From assembly GCA_964057225.1 (NCBI GenBank), contig OZ059899.1, positions 10,664,001-10,728,000 of the forward strand: a stretch of DNA of 64,000 nucleotides, written 5' to 3'. The DNA comes from Auanema rhodensis. Taxonomy: Eukaryota; Animalia; Nematoda. Of this stretch, positions 1-9,920 are shown one piece after another. The position numbers and the translations under genes are program-made. Numbering within the stretch: position 1 is the stretch's first letter; every line of letters begins with the position of its first letter. A model generated the notes under the pieces. That model ran no database searches. It saw nothing but the letters and a program-made list of their open reading frames with translations, and was not told where the DNA came from.

Positions 1-293
1 CTAGCAATAAATTGTTCTTTTCCAGCATTGATTCCGCGTATTATTTCATCACCATTTGCATAGTTACCTTTGGGTAAGTGCAGAATAAACTTTCTGTTGG
101 AAAAACGTAGTGTATAAGAAAGATTTTCTTGTACATTTAATATCGAACACGGAAAAATTATGTCTGTCAGCCCAATGCAATATCTGTTATTGCGTAGCCT
201 CAATGTTTCAGGTAACCTGGTAAGAAACACTGATAAAGTATTACTTTTTTCAGAGTCAACTGATGACGGCAAAGTAATGTAAAAATCATCCAT
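1..293 (-). CDS. Maverick minor capsid (penton) protein, N-terminal part, runs off window
   Basis: Not in the ORF track. Manual translation from ATG at 293: MDDFYITLPSSVDSEKSNTLSVFLTRLPETLRLRNNRYCIGLTDIIFP..., open to position 1. Matches the FYxTLPS...NT.S.F.T.LP..L.L....GL..I..P start of Polinton pentons. Confidence 0.8.
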   Translation of the reverse strand, partial: MDDFYITLPSSVDSEKSNTLSVFLTRLPETLRLRNNRYCIGLTDIIFPCSILNVQENLSYTLRFSNRKFILHLPKGNYANGDEIIRGINAGKEQFIA

Positions 294-372
294 CAGAGAC
301 CACCACCTGATGCGTGCACACTAGTATAAATGAAATCATTTGCATTATAGGTACATTTACGAGTGGTTGATT
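294..372. promoter_or_regulatory. Compact divergent promoter region between penton and ATPase
   Basis: 79-bp spacer between head-to-head ATGs; TATAAA at 325-330. Confidence 0.35.
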
Positions 373-1021
373 ATGGTTTTCAGCTTCAAACTACCCAGTC
401 AGACAACTGTAATAGGGGCAACGCAATGTGGTAAAACTACCCTTATAAAACGTATATGTGAAAATACTGAAAAAGTTTTTCAACGTCCCCATTGATAGAA
501 TATTCTGGTTCAGTCAATGTGGAGCATCGTCAGGTGTTCCATTAAATGATGATCGTTTATTAGTTATTCAAGGACCACCTGATCCGGATATAATAAAAGA
601 GCAAAAGGGAGTAAACACCATACTAGTGCTGGATGATTTGATGAATTTTTTCTCATCGAATAAAGCGGCTAAAGAATTACTCAACAACATTTTTACAGTG
701 TGGGCACATCACTGGAATTTGGCAGTGTTCAATCTTGTGCAAGCTGCATTTCAGCTAGACAGGACCAGTCGAATTAATAGTACATATATAATACTGATAA
801 AAAGTCATTCGGATATATTACAAATACGTAATTGTCTGCAACAATTATTTGGCCCCCGCTTTAAAAATGCTCTAGAAGCATATGATGATGCAATGTCTAC
901 ACCCTATAGTCATTTACTGATTGACAACCATTCTTTAACAAATGAGAAACAGCGTATACTATCAGATATAACAGCGGAGCACCCTATTGTTTATGTAGCC
1001 AGAAATATATTCAGTGTTTAA
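373..1021 (+). pseudogene. Maverick A32/FtsK-like packaging ATPase with a 1-nt frameshift at ~470-481
   Basis: ATG 373 frame gives MVFSFKLPSQTTVIGATQCGKTTLIK (Walker A). The ORF-458 frame gives ILVLDDLM (Walker B), FTVWAHHWN..Q and RINSTY. The frames join at the GAAAAAGTTTTTC homopolymers. Confidence 0.88.
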
Positions 1022-1066
1022 TGTGCATGTTCAATGAGTGGTCGTATTTTGTCAAATTACAACTTT

Positions 1067-3582
1067 TTATCTTCTTGTGCCAAAACCCCTTGTTCTGTTT
1101 AAAACTCTACAACTATCACACCTCACGCTACTCTCAACCACATTCCCCATCGCATTACAATTATAGGTGTGGCATTTTTTACATTTGGCTTTACATCTAA
1201 GCAACACTGTATTGTAAGATAACTTACAGTGTTGACATATAATACCGTCAAAAATTTTCGAACGACTACCAGCTGTAATACAATCATAGTGATTATTTCG
1301 GTAACCTAGTGTTACCAATTTGCTAGCCGCTTCATTAAATATTTTCTGGATAGTGTACATACGCTGTCCAGGCGGTCTAGCATATACTACAAACTTATAG
1401 TTTGTATTACAGCTGGCAATAATGTTTAAATGAATTAAATTATAATTTGGTAAATCTACAGAAATACCACACCTATTTAATAAATTGATATGGTGTGGCT
1501 GATTTGGCAATAAGATGTAATTGCGACGAAGGTTTTGCAGCCTTCGCTTCTCATCGCCATCTTCAGTGGCCAGCTCGTCAGCTTTCCACATTCCCACAAC
1601 TGCTGATCTAGCCAGACAATGTGAGTCAGTGTTGGCAATGGTTCCAGGTATTTTGAGTTCGGGGTCAAAATAAAACCCGACTCTACCTTCACCAGGCATC
1701 AGGCTTGGCTGCGCTGGCCTTTCATCAAACACATACATCTCAATATTCATTGCCTGGCTGATTACAGCCTCTCGTTTTGATTGCTGCACCTTGCTGATGG
1801 CATTCATAATGGCTACGCCATCCAGATGCTCCCTTCTACGAAAGTCCATAAATATGGAGCCCTTTTCAAAGGAAGGGTGCTCAATTGATAAACAAAATAA
1901 GGCTTTTTGCTTATCAGGCACACCGCTTTCAGCAAGACAACGATCAAGGAATTCGTTGAATAACCGCGGCATGATAACATGCATTGGTTCATCAACATTT
2001 TCCAAGTGTGGGAACGTGAGCGATCGAACGACCACGTTGGTAAAACGACCGGTGCGTTTTATACGCCGGTGTGACCACTATAATAAACAACATTTATAAT
2101 AGTTTACATGCTTTTTTTTTTATTTTTTTTTAAAGTTTAAATAAAAATAGTTTTGAGAATATATATGAATTGTTTCATCTTTTGCTTAAAATTATTATGT
2201 CTCTTTGTTTGTTATAGTCGTTATTTTTTATTTAATTGAAATGGTTTCAAATAAATGTTTAGTTTGTTTCAAAACGATTAGAAAAATACAAAATATTTAA
2301 ACGTTTCAGTTTTTGAGCATCAATTTTTTTTTTTTTAATGTTTAAAAATTTAATAAATAAAAATTAAATAACAGTAGAATTATAAAATTGTTTAAAATAT
2401 GGGATTAAATAAAAGAGATGGAGTGAAACAGTTTAAAAAATACAAAATATTTAAATGTTTCAGTTTTTGAGCATCACAATATTAAAATTCAAATGTTTTT
2501 TAATAAACGAAATTATGAAAAAGTGATAGAAATTTAAATTTGTTCAAGATATATGATTAAATAAAAGAGATGAAGTGAAATGGCTTAGAAAATATAAATC
2601 TGTTTCAGTTTTTGAGCATCACAATATTGAAATTTAAATGTTTTTTTTTATGATTAAAAATTTAAAAAATGAAATTATGAAATAGTGGTAGAAATATAAA
2701 ATTGTTTAAAATAGATGAGGTGAAATGGTTTAGATAAAACAAAATATTTAAATGTTTTTGTTTTTGTTTTTGCGCATCAAAATATTTAAATTTAAGTGTA
2801 ATTTAATGATTAAAAATTTAATAAATAAAAATTAAATAATAGTAGACTTATAAAATTGTTTAAAATATGGGATTAAATAAAAAAGATGAAGTGAAATGGT
2901 TTAGAAAATACAAAATATTGTCAGTTTTTGAGCATCAAAATATTTAAATTTAAGTGTATTTTAATGATTAAAAATTTAATAAATGATATTATGGCATGGA
3001 TTTGGGGTAAGATTTAATTTTATTTTTCAAAAAGCCTCCAAATGTATGATGATTTGTTTAAAAATAGATGGCAGAATTCAAAATTGTTCAAGATATGTAA
3101 TCAAATAAAAGATATAGAGTGAAAAGAATTGTAACATGAAAAAAAAAAAAGTTAAAAGCTCGTACCTTTATTTGACAAATATCGTTGAAGGATGAACCGC
3201 CTCCTAATTGTTCTCCACTAGTTGATGGCATCTCGGGATTCCATTCTCTGAAAAAAAAATTTCATGCTTTTTCATTATACGATAGCTTACTCATTATCGC
3301 TGTCATCCAAGGTGATAACTTCAATAACCCTTGATGACGAGGGACCACTATTGGAAGTGGTTATTGCGGAGTCACACAGCTCAACACCACCACTCTCGGT
3401 AAGCTTTATGCGCTTACTAAAAAAAACAAAGATGTATATTTTAAAAATATTGTTAAATTACCTGAGTTGATAAATTTCCTCATAATCGAACCCCAACTCT
3501 TCACATACACGCTTATAACTGAAAATAAATATTTTAATTAAAAAAAAAAAGATAGGAAAAAACACAACCTGTTAGCAGCCAT
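1067..3582 (-). CDS. polB: Spliced Maverick protein-primed PolB N-terminal region (terminal-protein/vOTU-like + Cys clusters), polymerase domain absent; predicted 429 aa
   Basis: Predicted exons 3582-3569, 3518-3462, 3416-3291, 3247-3166, 2077-1067, all GT-AG and phase-compatible (1290 nt). Motifs QLGGG, IANTDSHCLARSAVVG, HYDCI and CxxC pairs are typical of Polinton/adintovirus PolB N-termini. Confidence 0.72.
2280..2960. repeat. Degenerate ~150-bp AT-rich tandem repeat inside the 1088-bp intron
   Basis: Core GTTTCAGTTTTTGAGCATCA and variants recur at ~2303, 2457, 2602, 2762, 2919. Confidence 0.7.
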
Positions 3583-3731
3583 TGTATCTTGTTAGAATAA
3601 AATTATGCAAACTCTGAGCTAGTTAGTTATCCATATTTCATTTTACACATTTATATTACACTTCATTGCAAGAACAGTCAGTTGTTTTATTGTCACGTAA
3701 CAATGTTGCCAACACTCAACATTGTATCATA

Positions 3732-4370
3732 TTAGGTGTGTAAGTTGAAACGCGGCCACCGGTTAGAATTTGAAAAAATTATGCTAATTTTACAAAATTT
3801 AAAATTTTTTTTAAATGAATTACGAAATTTGAATATATTTAAATATAATAAAATTTAAAAAAGTTTAAAAATTTAATTTTTTTTTGCTTTAAAAAACTTT
3901 TTTTTTTGCTTCTATTTTTTTCTCGTTTTTTGTTATGGATGTAACGCATATGCGCCACGTCCTTCTTTCTCATTTTGAAAGTGGTGTTTCTTCTCCAGTC
4001 TACAGCACATGTAAAAAGTGGTTCGCCCGCTTTAAATCCGGCGAGATCGATCTTGCAGATCGTCTGCGACCCGGTGCCGTTCAGAAGTTCAGTGATTCTG
4101 ACCTTCAGAATGCTCTCGATCAGAATCTTGGAGCAACCCAACTCCAGATCGGGAAAAAACTGAAAGTCAGCAGAGTTGCTGTTTCACATCGGCTTAAAAA
4201 AATGGGGAAAATTCATAAATTTTCTCCATTTTCCCCGCATCTCCTGTCTGAGAGCAATCTCAGAACAAGAGTTGATTCAGCTCAAAATCTTCTGAATTTG
4301 AGCCGAAGAAGGGTTTTTTTTAAAGGGTTAGTGACTGGAGATGAGAAGTGGATTCTCTACTCTAATTACA
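3732..4370 (+). mobile_element. Mariner transposon, 5' fragment nested in the Maverick
   Basis: TA at 3730-3731 followed by TIR-like TTAGGTGTGTAAGTTGAAACG; transposase fragment follows; no right TIR. Confidence 0.8.
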
Positions 4371-4405
4371 GCTGTCAACAGTGGCAGTTGCCAATCCGTT
4401 GTTAA
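3935..4405 (+). pseudogene. Truncated mariner (Mos1-like) transposase
   Basis: KWFARFKSG, HTH region, FSPHLL (WVPHEL-like) and LVTGDEKWILYSN. Stops just after the first catalytic D; the first HTH appears internally deleted. Confidence 0.88.
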
Positions 4406-4452
4406 TAAATACGCATGTATTGTTGTGGTCAGCGCACCTGTTTAAACAATCT

Positions 4453-5398
4453 TATCGAATTAATCTTCGATATGTGTTCTATTGAGTTAGTGTATTAGAA
4501 TATTAGTAATATACACACTAAAACTTTTTCTATATACTCTTCTTTCCACGTAATTTGAGAATATTAGAAATCTTGATGCATATGCTATACAGCTATTTGT
4601 TATACTTTAATGAACAAGTGCTTTGCTATTTGGTTCATTGTAGGTCAACGTATCTGTTTCACCAATCTTATCGAATTTATATTCGATATGTGTTCCATTA
4701 ACATTTTTGATATTTGAAAAGTATATACCCATGACCCCTTGGCATAGTAAGTATTCTTTAGCGTTATGGGTACTTGTGCTGTACAGCTATTTATCATATT
4801 TTTATGAACAAAACTTTTGCCATGTGGTACATGTGTGGGTCAGCGCACCTGTTTTAACGATCTTATCGAATTAATCTTCGATATGTGTTCCATTGGAAAC
4901 AACACAATTGTTTGTGAATCCTATCGAATTAACCTTCGATATGTGTTTTATTGAGTTAGTATATTAGAATATATTAATATAAAATTTAAAAAAAAGGTTC
5001 TTTAAACTATTCTTTCATGTAATTTGAAAATATTAGACAACTTAGTACTTGTGGTGTACAGCTATTTATCATATTTTTATGAACAAAACGTTTGCCATGT
5101 GGTTCTTGTGTGGGTCAGTGCACCTGTTTTAACGATCTTATCGAATTAACCTTCGATATGTGTTCCATTAACTTTTGTATTCCATATCGTTCTTATCGAA
5201 TTAACTTTCGATATGTGTTCCATTGATTTACCTATAAGAGGTACGGTGAACAAAATGGTTCGCCTAGATAAACAACAAACTTTTTAAAAATTAAATTAAT
5301 AATTATAAACTATAATAAACACAATCTATAAACAATGTAAACAAATAAAATTAAAAAATAAATATATAAAATATAACTTATCGAATTAACCTTCGATA
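4453..5398. repeat. Seven dispersed copies of the spaced palindrome TATCGAA-N6-TTCGATA
   Basis: Copies begin at 4453, 4669, 4864, 4922, 5139, 5194 and 5379, each followed by TGTGTT/TGAGTT. Confidence 0.9.
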
Positions 5399-5776
5399 TG
5401 AGTTCCATTGATTAACCCATAAGAGGTACGGTGAACATATTAATTAGCTTTTATATATATTCAAATTTTATAAATTAAAACAAAAACAATATATATTAAA
5501 AAGTTTATTCAAATGTATAAATATTAAAAATACATTTAAAAGGAGATAATTTTAATAATATTTTAAAAATATATAAAATATATTTAAAAAGAAATAATTA
5601 AATAATAATATTTAAAACATATATAAATATTAAAAATATATTTAAAAAGAAACAATTTTAAAAATATTTACAAATACAATTAACAAATATATAAATAATA
5701 AAAATTCATTTAAAAATACATTAAAAAATAATTTTAAAAATGATTTTAAAAAAAAATCATGCATTTTGATCCATGC

Positions 5777-5952
5777 GCAGGCTCGAGAGCCTGCCTCGGG
5801 AGGAAAAGTATATTTTTGACAGCTGACGCCGAAAATATGATTTTGACAGCTGACGCTCCCAAAAGTATGTTTTTAGCAGCTGACGCCCTCAAAAGTATGT
5901 TTTTAGCAACTGTTTGGGGGCGTGGTTAGTAAATTCGGCATGGCTCTCTACT
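5777..5952. repeat. Maverick terminal region: hairpin, ~30-bp tandem repeats, GC box, terminus
   Basis: GCAGGCTC-GA-GAGCCTGC hairpin at 5777-5794; about 4 copies of AAAAGTATGTTTTTAGCAGCTGACGC at 5804-5912; GGGGCGTGG; CTCTCTACT end. Confidence 0.75.
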
Positions 5953-6035
5953 GATGGATATCCCATCAAAATACGTAGCACTATTTTTCCACTTTCTGGA
6001 ATAGACATCACAAAACAAAAAAAAATAAAAACTTA

Positions 6036-6945
6036 CCATTGACCTCTATATAGGGTTTTTCTAGTCTTTCTTCTAGATGATGTTTAAGCAAATATCTGTC
6101 CATTATCTTATAATAATTAGATGGAGGTTTTCTTCCTATATTACTTTTAACATGAGTTTCTACTGAGCGAGATAAACTAGAAATCTGAAAGATTACAAAT
6201 ATTAGTTTCCATTGAAGATGAATGCAATAATTTAAGCCATGGGATATATATATATATATATTTTTTTTTTTGATAAAAAATGTTTACCTTTGCGGAAGTG
6301 ACGGAAACTCCATTTGAAGCTAGTAGTTTTTTAGCTTCCGAAGATGATCTGTAATGTAGTGCCAATTTCACGGCCTTAGAAGATGAAGGTAAAATTCGAT
6401 TTGATAGTTCTTCAGGAGCTTGCAAATCTTTCTAAATGGTTTTTATTCAATGTCATCATTAAGTACCTGTAGATAACTAACCTCAGCTATATACACGAAT
6501 AATACGTGAGAGAGAAGATTCTTGTTCATATCAGAGACGAAAGCAATCTTAGTTGGAAACGATAATATATTCATTGAAAAATAATAAAACACTTCTCTTC
6601 TGAAACCCGGAGCTCTAGCATGAGCATATTTCATAACTTTCATTTGGAAACATTTTGATGTTTTATCAAGCACCCACTCGCCATTCACAAAAACTAAATA
6701 ATAGTTAGTACTTTTTGCGGTAACACGAACACCACGCTCATCTGAAATGAACAAAGTCGACAAAACAATTATATCATTGAAGTAAATACCCTCTCCTGTC
6801 CAAGGTTTATACGGATCGTAAGACAAATCATCACAATTTATAACCTTATTTTTATTCAAGAAAAAAAAGTATTCACCCTTCTTAAACTCATCGATCCGAG
6901 GAACTTTATCAAAAATTTCTTCGGTGTCACTAATAATGATACATT
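6036..6945 (-). other. Putative spliced gene fragment of unknown function
   Basis: Open frame of >160 codons (CIIISDTEEIFDKVPRIDEF...YAHARAPGFRRE) plus further short open segments bounded by GTAAG/GTAAA donor-like sites; no recognised domain. Confidence 0.35.
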
Positions 6946-7119
6946 AATATTTAGAGAAAACTCATAGCTTACATTGGCTCATTAAAACGTTTTAAAAACT
7001 TACTCATAGTTTTTCAAAATAGTATAAAGTTTATATATCTTAGTCTTGTTCAAACCGCAAATGCGGAAATCCTCACCTCTCCTATTCCTAGAAACTCTCC
7101 CTCTTCCACTGATCAATCT

Positions 7120-8322
7120 TTGCACGGGCACTCTCTGTCTCCTGTCTCTTCTTCGTCAGACAATAACGTAAATTTGACTTCGAATGTTACAGAGCAGAGA
7201 AGTCGCCCTCAAATGGCAGAGCAGATGGAGCAAGACAACTCTCCTATTGCAAGAGCCCACAACGTTTCTATTCGCCATCACAAACCTACGCTTTATGATG
7301 GATCGGTTCCATTCAACCTCTACATGCAAAGACTAGAAGGATATTTCGATGCCCTTCAAGTCCCTATTGCCGAGAGACTTTCCCATCTCTATCTACTTCT
7401 CGGAACGGATAGAGCCGCTGAAGCTCTTCGAACTATACCAGCAGAAGACTTACGCCAGGGATGGAACCACGTCAAACGCATACTATCGGAGAAATTACAA
7501 CTTCCAGAAAATAGAGATGCAGCATTCACAAAACTCACTCATTTGAAACAAGGAGAGCACGAAACGGTACAAAATTTCGCTCAACGCTGCAGAAACCTTG
7601 CCTACGAATCATGCAACATGGACTCGACAGCCGATGAAAAAATACTACGAGTTTCATTCTTAGGAGGACTACGAAAGAATTTAAGAACACATGTCAATAA
7701 CCGCAGCCCTATCACATTTGATGCAGCCGTGACTATTGCCGAAACTGTGGAAGCTGACGAGGATCCTTCGCTCTTGGTCAACAACTTGATTAAAGACGTG
7801 GAACAACTAGAGATTAAAAACGGTCTCATAAACCACATGAGAGCATCACAACAGGAGAAAATCTATGACGGACCACAAACACACCAATCCAGAACATTCT
7901 ATGGAAATCAATCAAGACCACAACACCCACAAGAGCAATGGAATCAAAGAAGAGGAGGATACCGCTCACCAAGATACCAAGAGGATCGACAAAATAACCG
8001 TCACAACTTCAGACAGGATAACAGAAACAATGGATATCAACGAGGACACAACAATTATCGTAGCCCCCAACGGTACGATAGATACAATGATCGATACAAC
8101 AGCAGAGGAAACGATTGATATGATAGCAGAAGGAATGATTGGCAGGAGCACAGAGGAAACGACCGATACAACCGCGGAAACTGTCCTGATCGCGGATTTC
8201 AACAACGAAATCGCAGCACTTCATATGGACCACATAACAGGCACAGAGATCGCACAAGAAGCCCCAGCGTCCGTTTTCACGTTAACAAAGTAGAAAAGGA
8301 AACAGTCAAAACAAAGAAGACA
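7120..8322 (+). pseudogene. gag: Gag (capsid domain + R/N/D/Y-rich nucleic-acid-binding tail), one premature TGA at 8116-8118
   Basis: PTLYDGS, LKQGEHETVQNFAQR (major-homology-like), FLGGLR..LR, PITFDAAV..A..VE. The frame stays open after the TGA into env; no CCHC knuckle. Confidence 0.85.
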
Positions 8323-9620
8323 CTTCCGTTCATACCGCTATTCTTATCCGTCATCGCCCTATCTATGATACCTTGCCAGGCAGACAACTATCAACTCTGC
8401 ATTGGCAAACGAGGAGGTATTTTCCTCGAACCACCTCGCCCAACCACCTGCTCAGACTATGCATACAAAAACCACTACTACAACCACCACAACCACTACA
8501 TCGACTACCACATCAACTGCCCCGACAACTACTACTCATCGGACGTCTCCACCTCAACCTACAACTACACCAAGGAGATATTATTATTACCAGAGTACAA
8601 CAACACCAGTAACTCCACCACCACGTCCTCTCACCACCACATCCCGCAGGGAATCTACTAGGACACTTCCAACAACTCGGACTACTACAAAGCGAGCAAC
8701 AACGACCCAACCGATTGAGGAAATCAAATCTCACACTGGATCACAAGCACACCTCAATTTCCTACGAACACGAGCAGATATCATTCAAAAATACGACGAT
8801 CAACTACGCCAACAAGATACAAGGTCCCACCTCCAATACTCTACGTCAAAACTAGAAGAGGAAATCTTACAATCTTTCCAAATAACAAAGAAAAACGTAT
8901 GCAGAATGCAAAATAAGCAGCTACTTACCTGGTGGGCAATCCTGCAGATTAATCCAACTATAGGAATTCGCACTATGCTTCATCGACAGGATATTTCAGC
9001 AAAGTTTGTTGGAGAACATCTTATTTACGTCATGCCATGCACCCCTGTACAAGTAACACGTGTATACTCGGATCACAAACGAGACGATAAATGTTACCTG
9101 GAGACACCGGTAGACACGGAACATCACGGAAAACTCTTCATCACACCAGGATCAAGAGATTTAACACCATTTGCCCACATCATAGCATGCGATATGGCTA
9201 CATCAGATCCCTACAGAGAAAACAATCAATGGATGAAAGATAATTCAACATTGAATGTGACTAACTTCTCATTTTCGGATGAACTCACATCTGTAAAAAT
9301 TGATCACATTAAGTTTAACAATTCCAACATATTTTCAAACCTCACGGAGTCAACATTTCCAATGGCGTCTTCAAACATTCTGGACTATCCAATCTGAATC
9401 CAATAGGAATTATAGGAGGAACAGTTGGAACGACATTAATGATAGCAGATAACATATCAAACAACGCGGAGAAACAAATCACAAATTTCTTTGGATACAT
9501 AGGAGAATCAATTACAGCATGGATACTAAGGACACTAGCTATTATTGGAGCAATCATCGTCACAATAGGACTCATAACTGTTACCATTTGGGCATTAAAA
9601 ATATATGCATGTACCACAAG
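8323..9620 (+). pseudogene. env: Envelope glycoprotein, class III fusogen-like (herpes gB / chuvirus G-like), with frameshifts at ~8470 and ~9370
   Basis: Signal peptide LPFIPLFLSVIALSMIPCQA; YQLC...PP...C; Thr-rich mucin tract; LQY...C...NPTIGIRTMLHRQDISAKFVG...PC...CY...PV...FITPGSRDL...C; TM at ~9532-9597. Confidence 0.75.
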
Positions 9621-9825
9621 GATACCAATCAATCAAATTACATTCAACGAACAAGACGAAGAACCAAGAGGAGAGGACAAACAATTCGAATTAAAACCAC
9701 TAGTCACTTCTCAACAAGAGAAATTATATACAAGAACCTCTCGATACCACCCCGACGCCCCACTATCAGATAATGACTTTTTCGCCTATCTACCACGGTA
9801 CGCTATGAAAGAATCAAGGATTAAC

Positions 9826-9920
9826 TACATCGGAGGATCACGACTACCTTTCATACCTCTCTTCATTCACAATCAGATCTTTACTGCTTTATGGGACACA
9901 GGAGCTTCTATATCATATAT
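9826..9920 (+). pseudogene. pol: Retroviral-type aspartic protease, N-terminal fragment (start of pol)
   Basis: LPFIPLFIHNQIFTALWDTGASISYI with DTG at 9895-9903, in frame with the env tail; truncated by the satellite. Confidence 0.85.

Larger units (their letters stand above)
1..5952. mobile_element. Maverick/Polinton element, right portion (left part outside window), probably non-autonomous
   Basis: Clustered minor capsid, A32-like ATPase and pPolB N-terminal gene. Subterminal tandem repeats. Ends in ...CTCTCTACT (reverse complement AGTAGAGAG, a Maverick-type terminus) at 5944-5952. Confidence 0.85.
7042..9920 (+). mobile_element. Ty3/Gypsy (metavirus)-like element, internal fragment, order gag-env-protease; no LTRs, RT/IN missing
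   Basis: Gag, internal signal peptide, gB-like glycoprotein, TM and DTG protease are collinear. The 3' end is cut by the satellite. Confidence 0.85.

Noticed and set aside
468-482. Programmed -1 frameshift in the ATPase
   Set aside because: The required shift is +1 and there is no canonical X XXY YYZ heptamer in the right frame.
3264-3470. Plus-strand 68-aa ORF
   Set aside because: It is antisense to exon 3 of the spliced polB-like gene.
4453-5398. CRISPR-like repeat array
   Set aside because: Spacing is irregular, the intervening sequences are themselves repeated, there are no cas genes, and the context is eukaryotic.
8116-8118. Programmed stop-codon readthrough between gag and env
   Set aside because: The TGA falls in a repeated N-D-R-Y motif (GAT CGA TAC elsewhere), so a CGA>TGA mutation is simpler, and the element has other lesions.
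7349-8734. Overlapping and antisense ORFs in gag/env, including the His/Tyr/Asn-rich 8365-8661 and hydrophobic 7966-8205 peptides
   Set aside because: They are alternative-frame readings of low-complexity R/N/D and Thr codon repeats; only the first ~35 codons of 8365 are true env.
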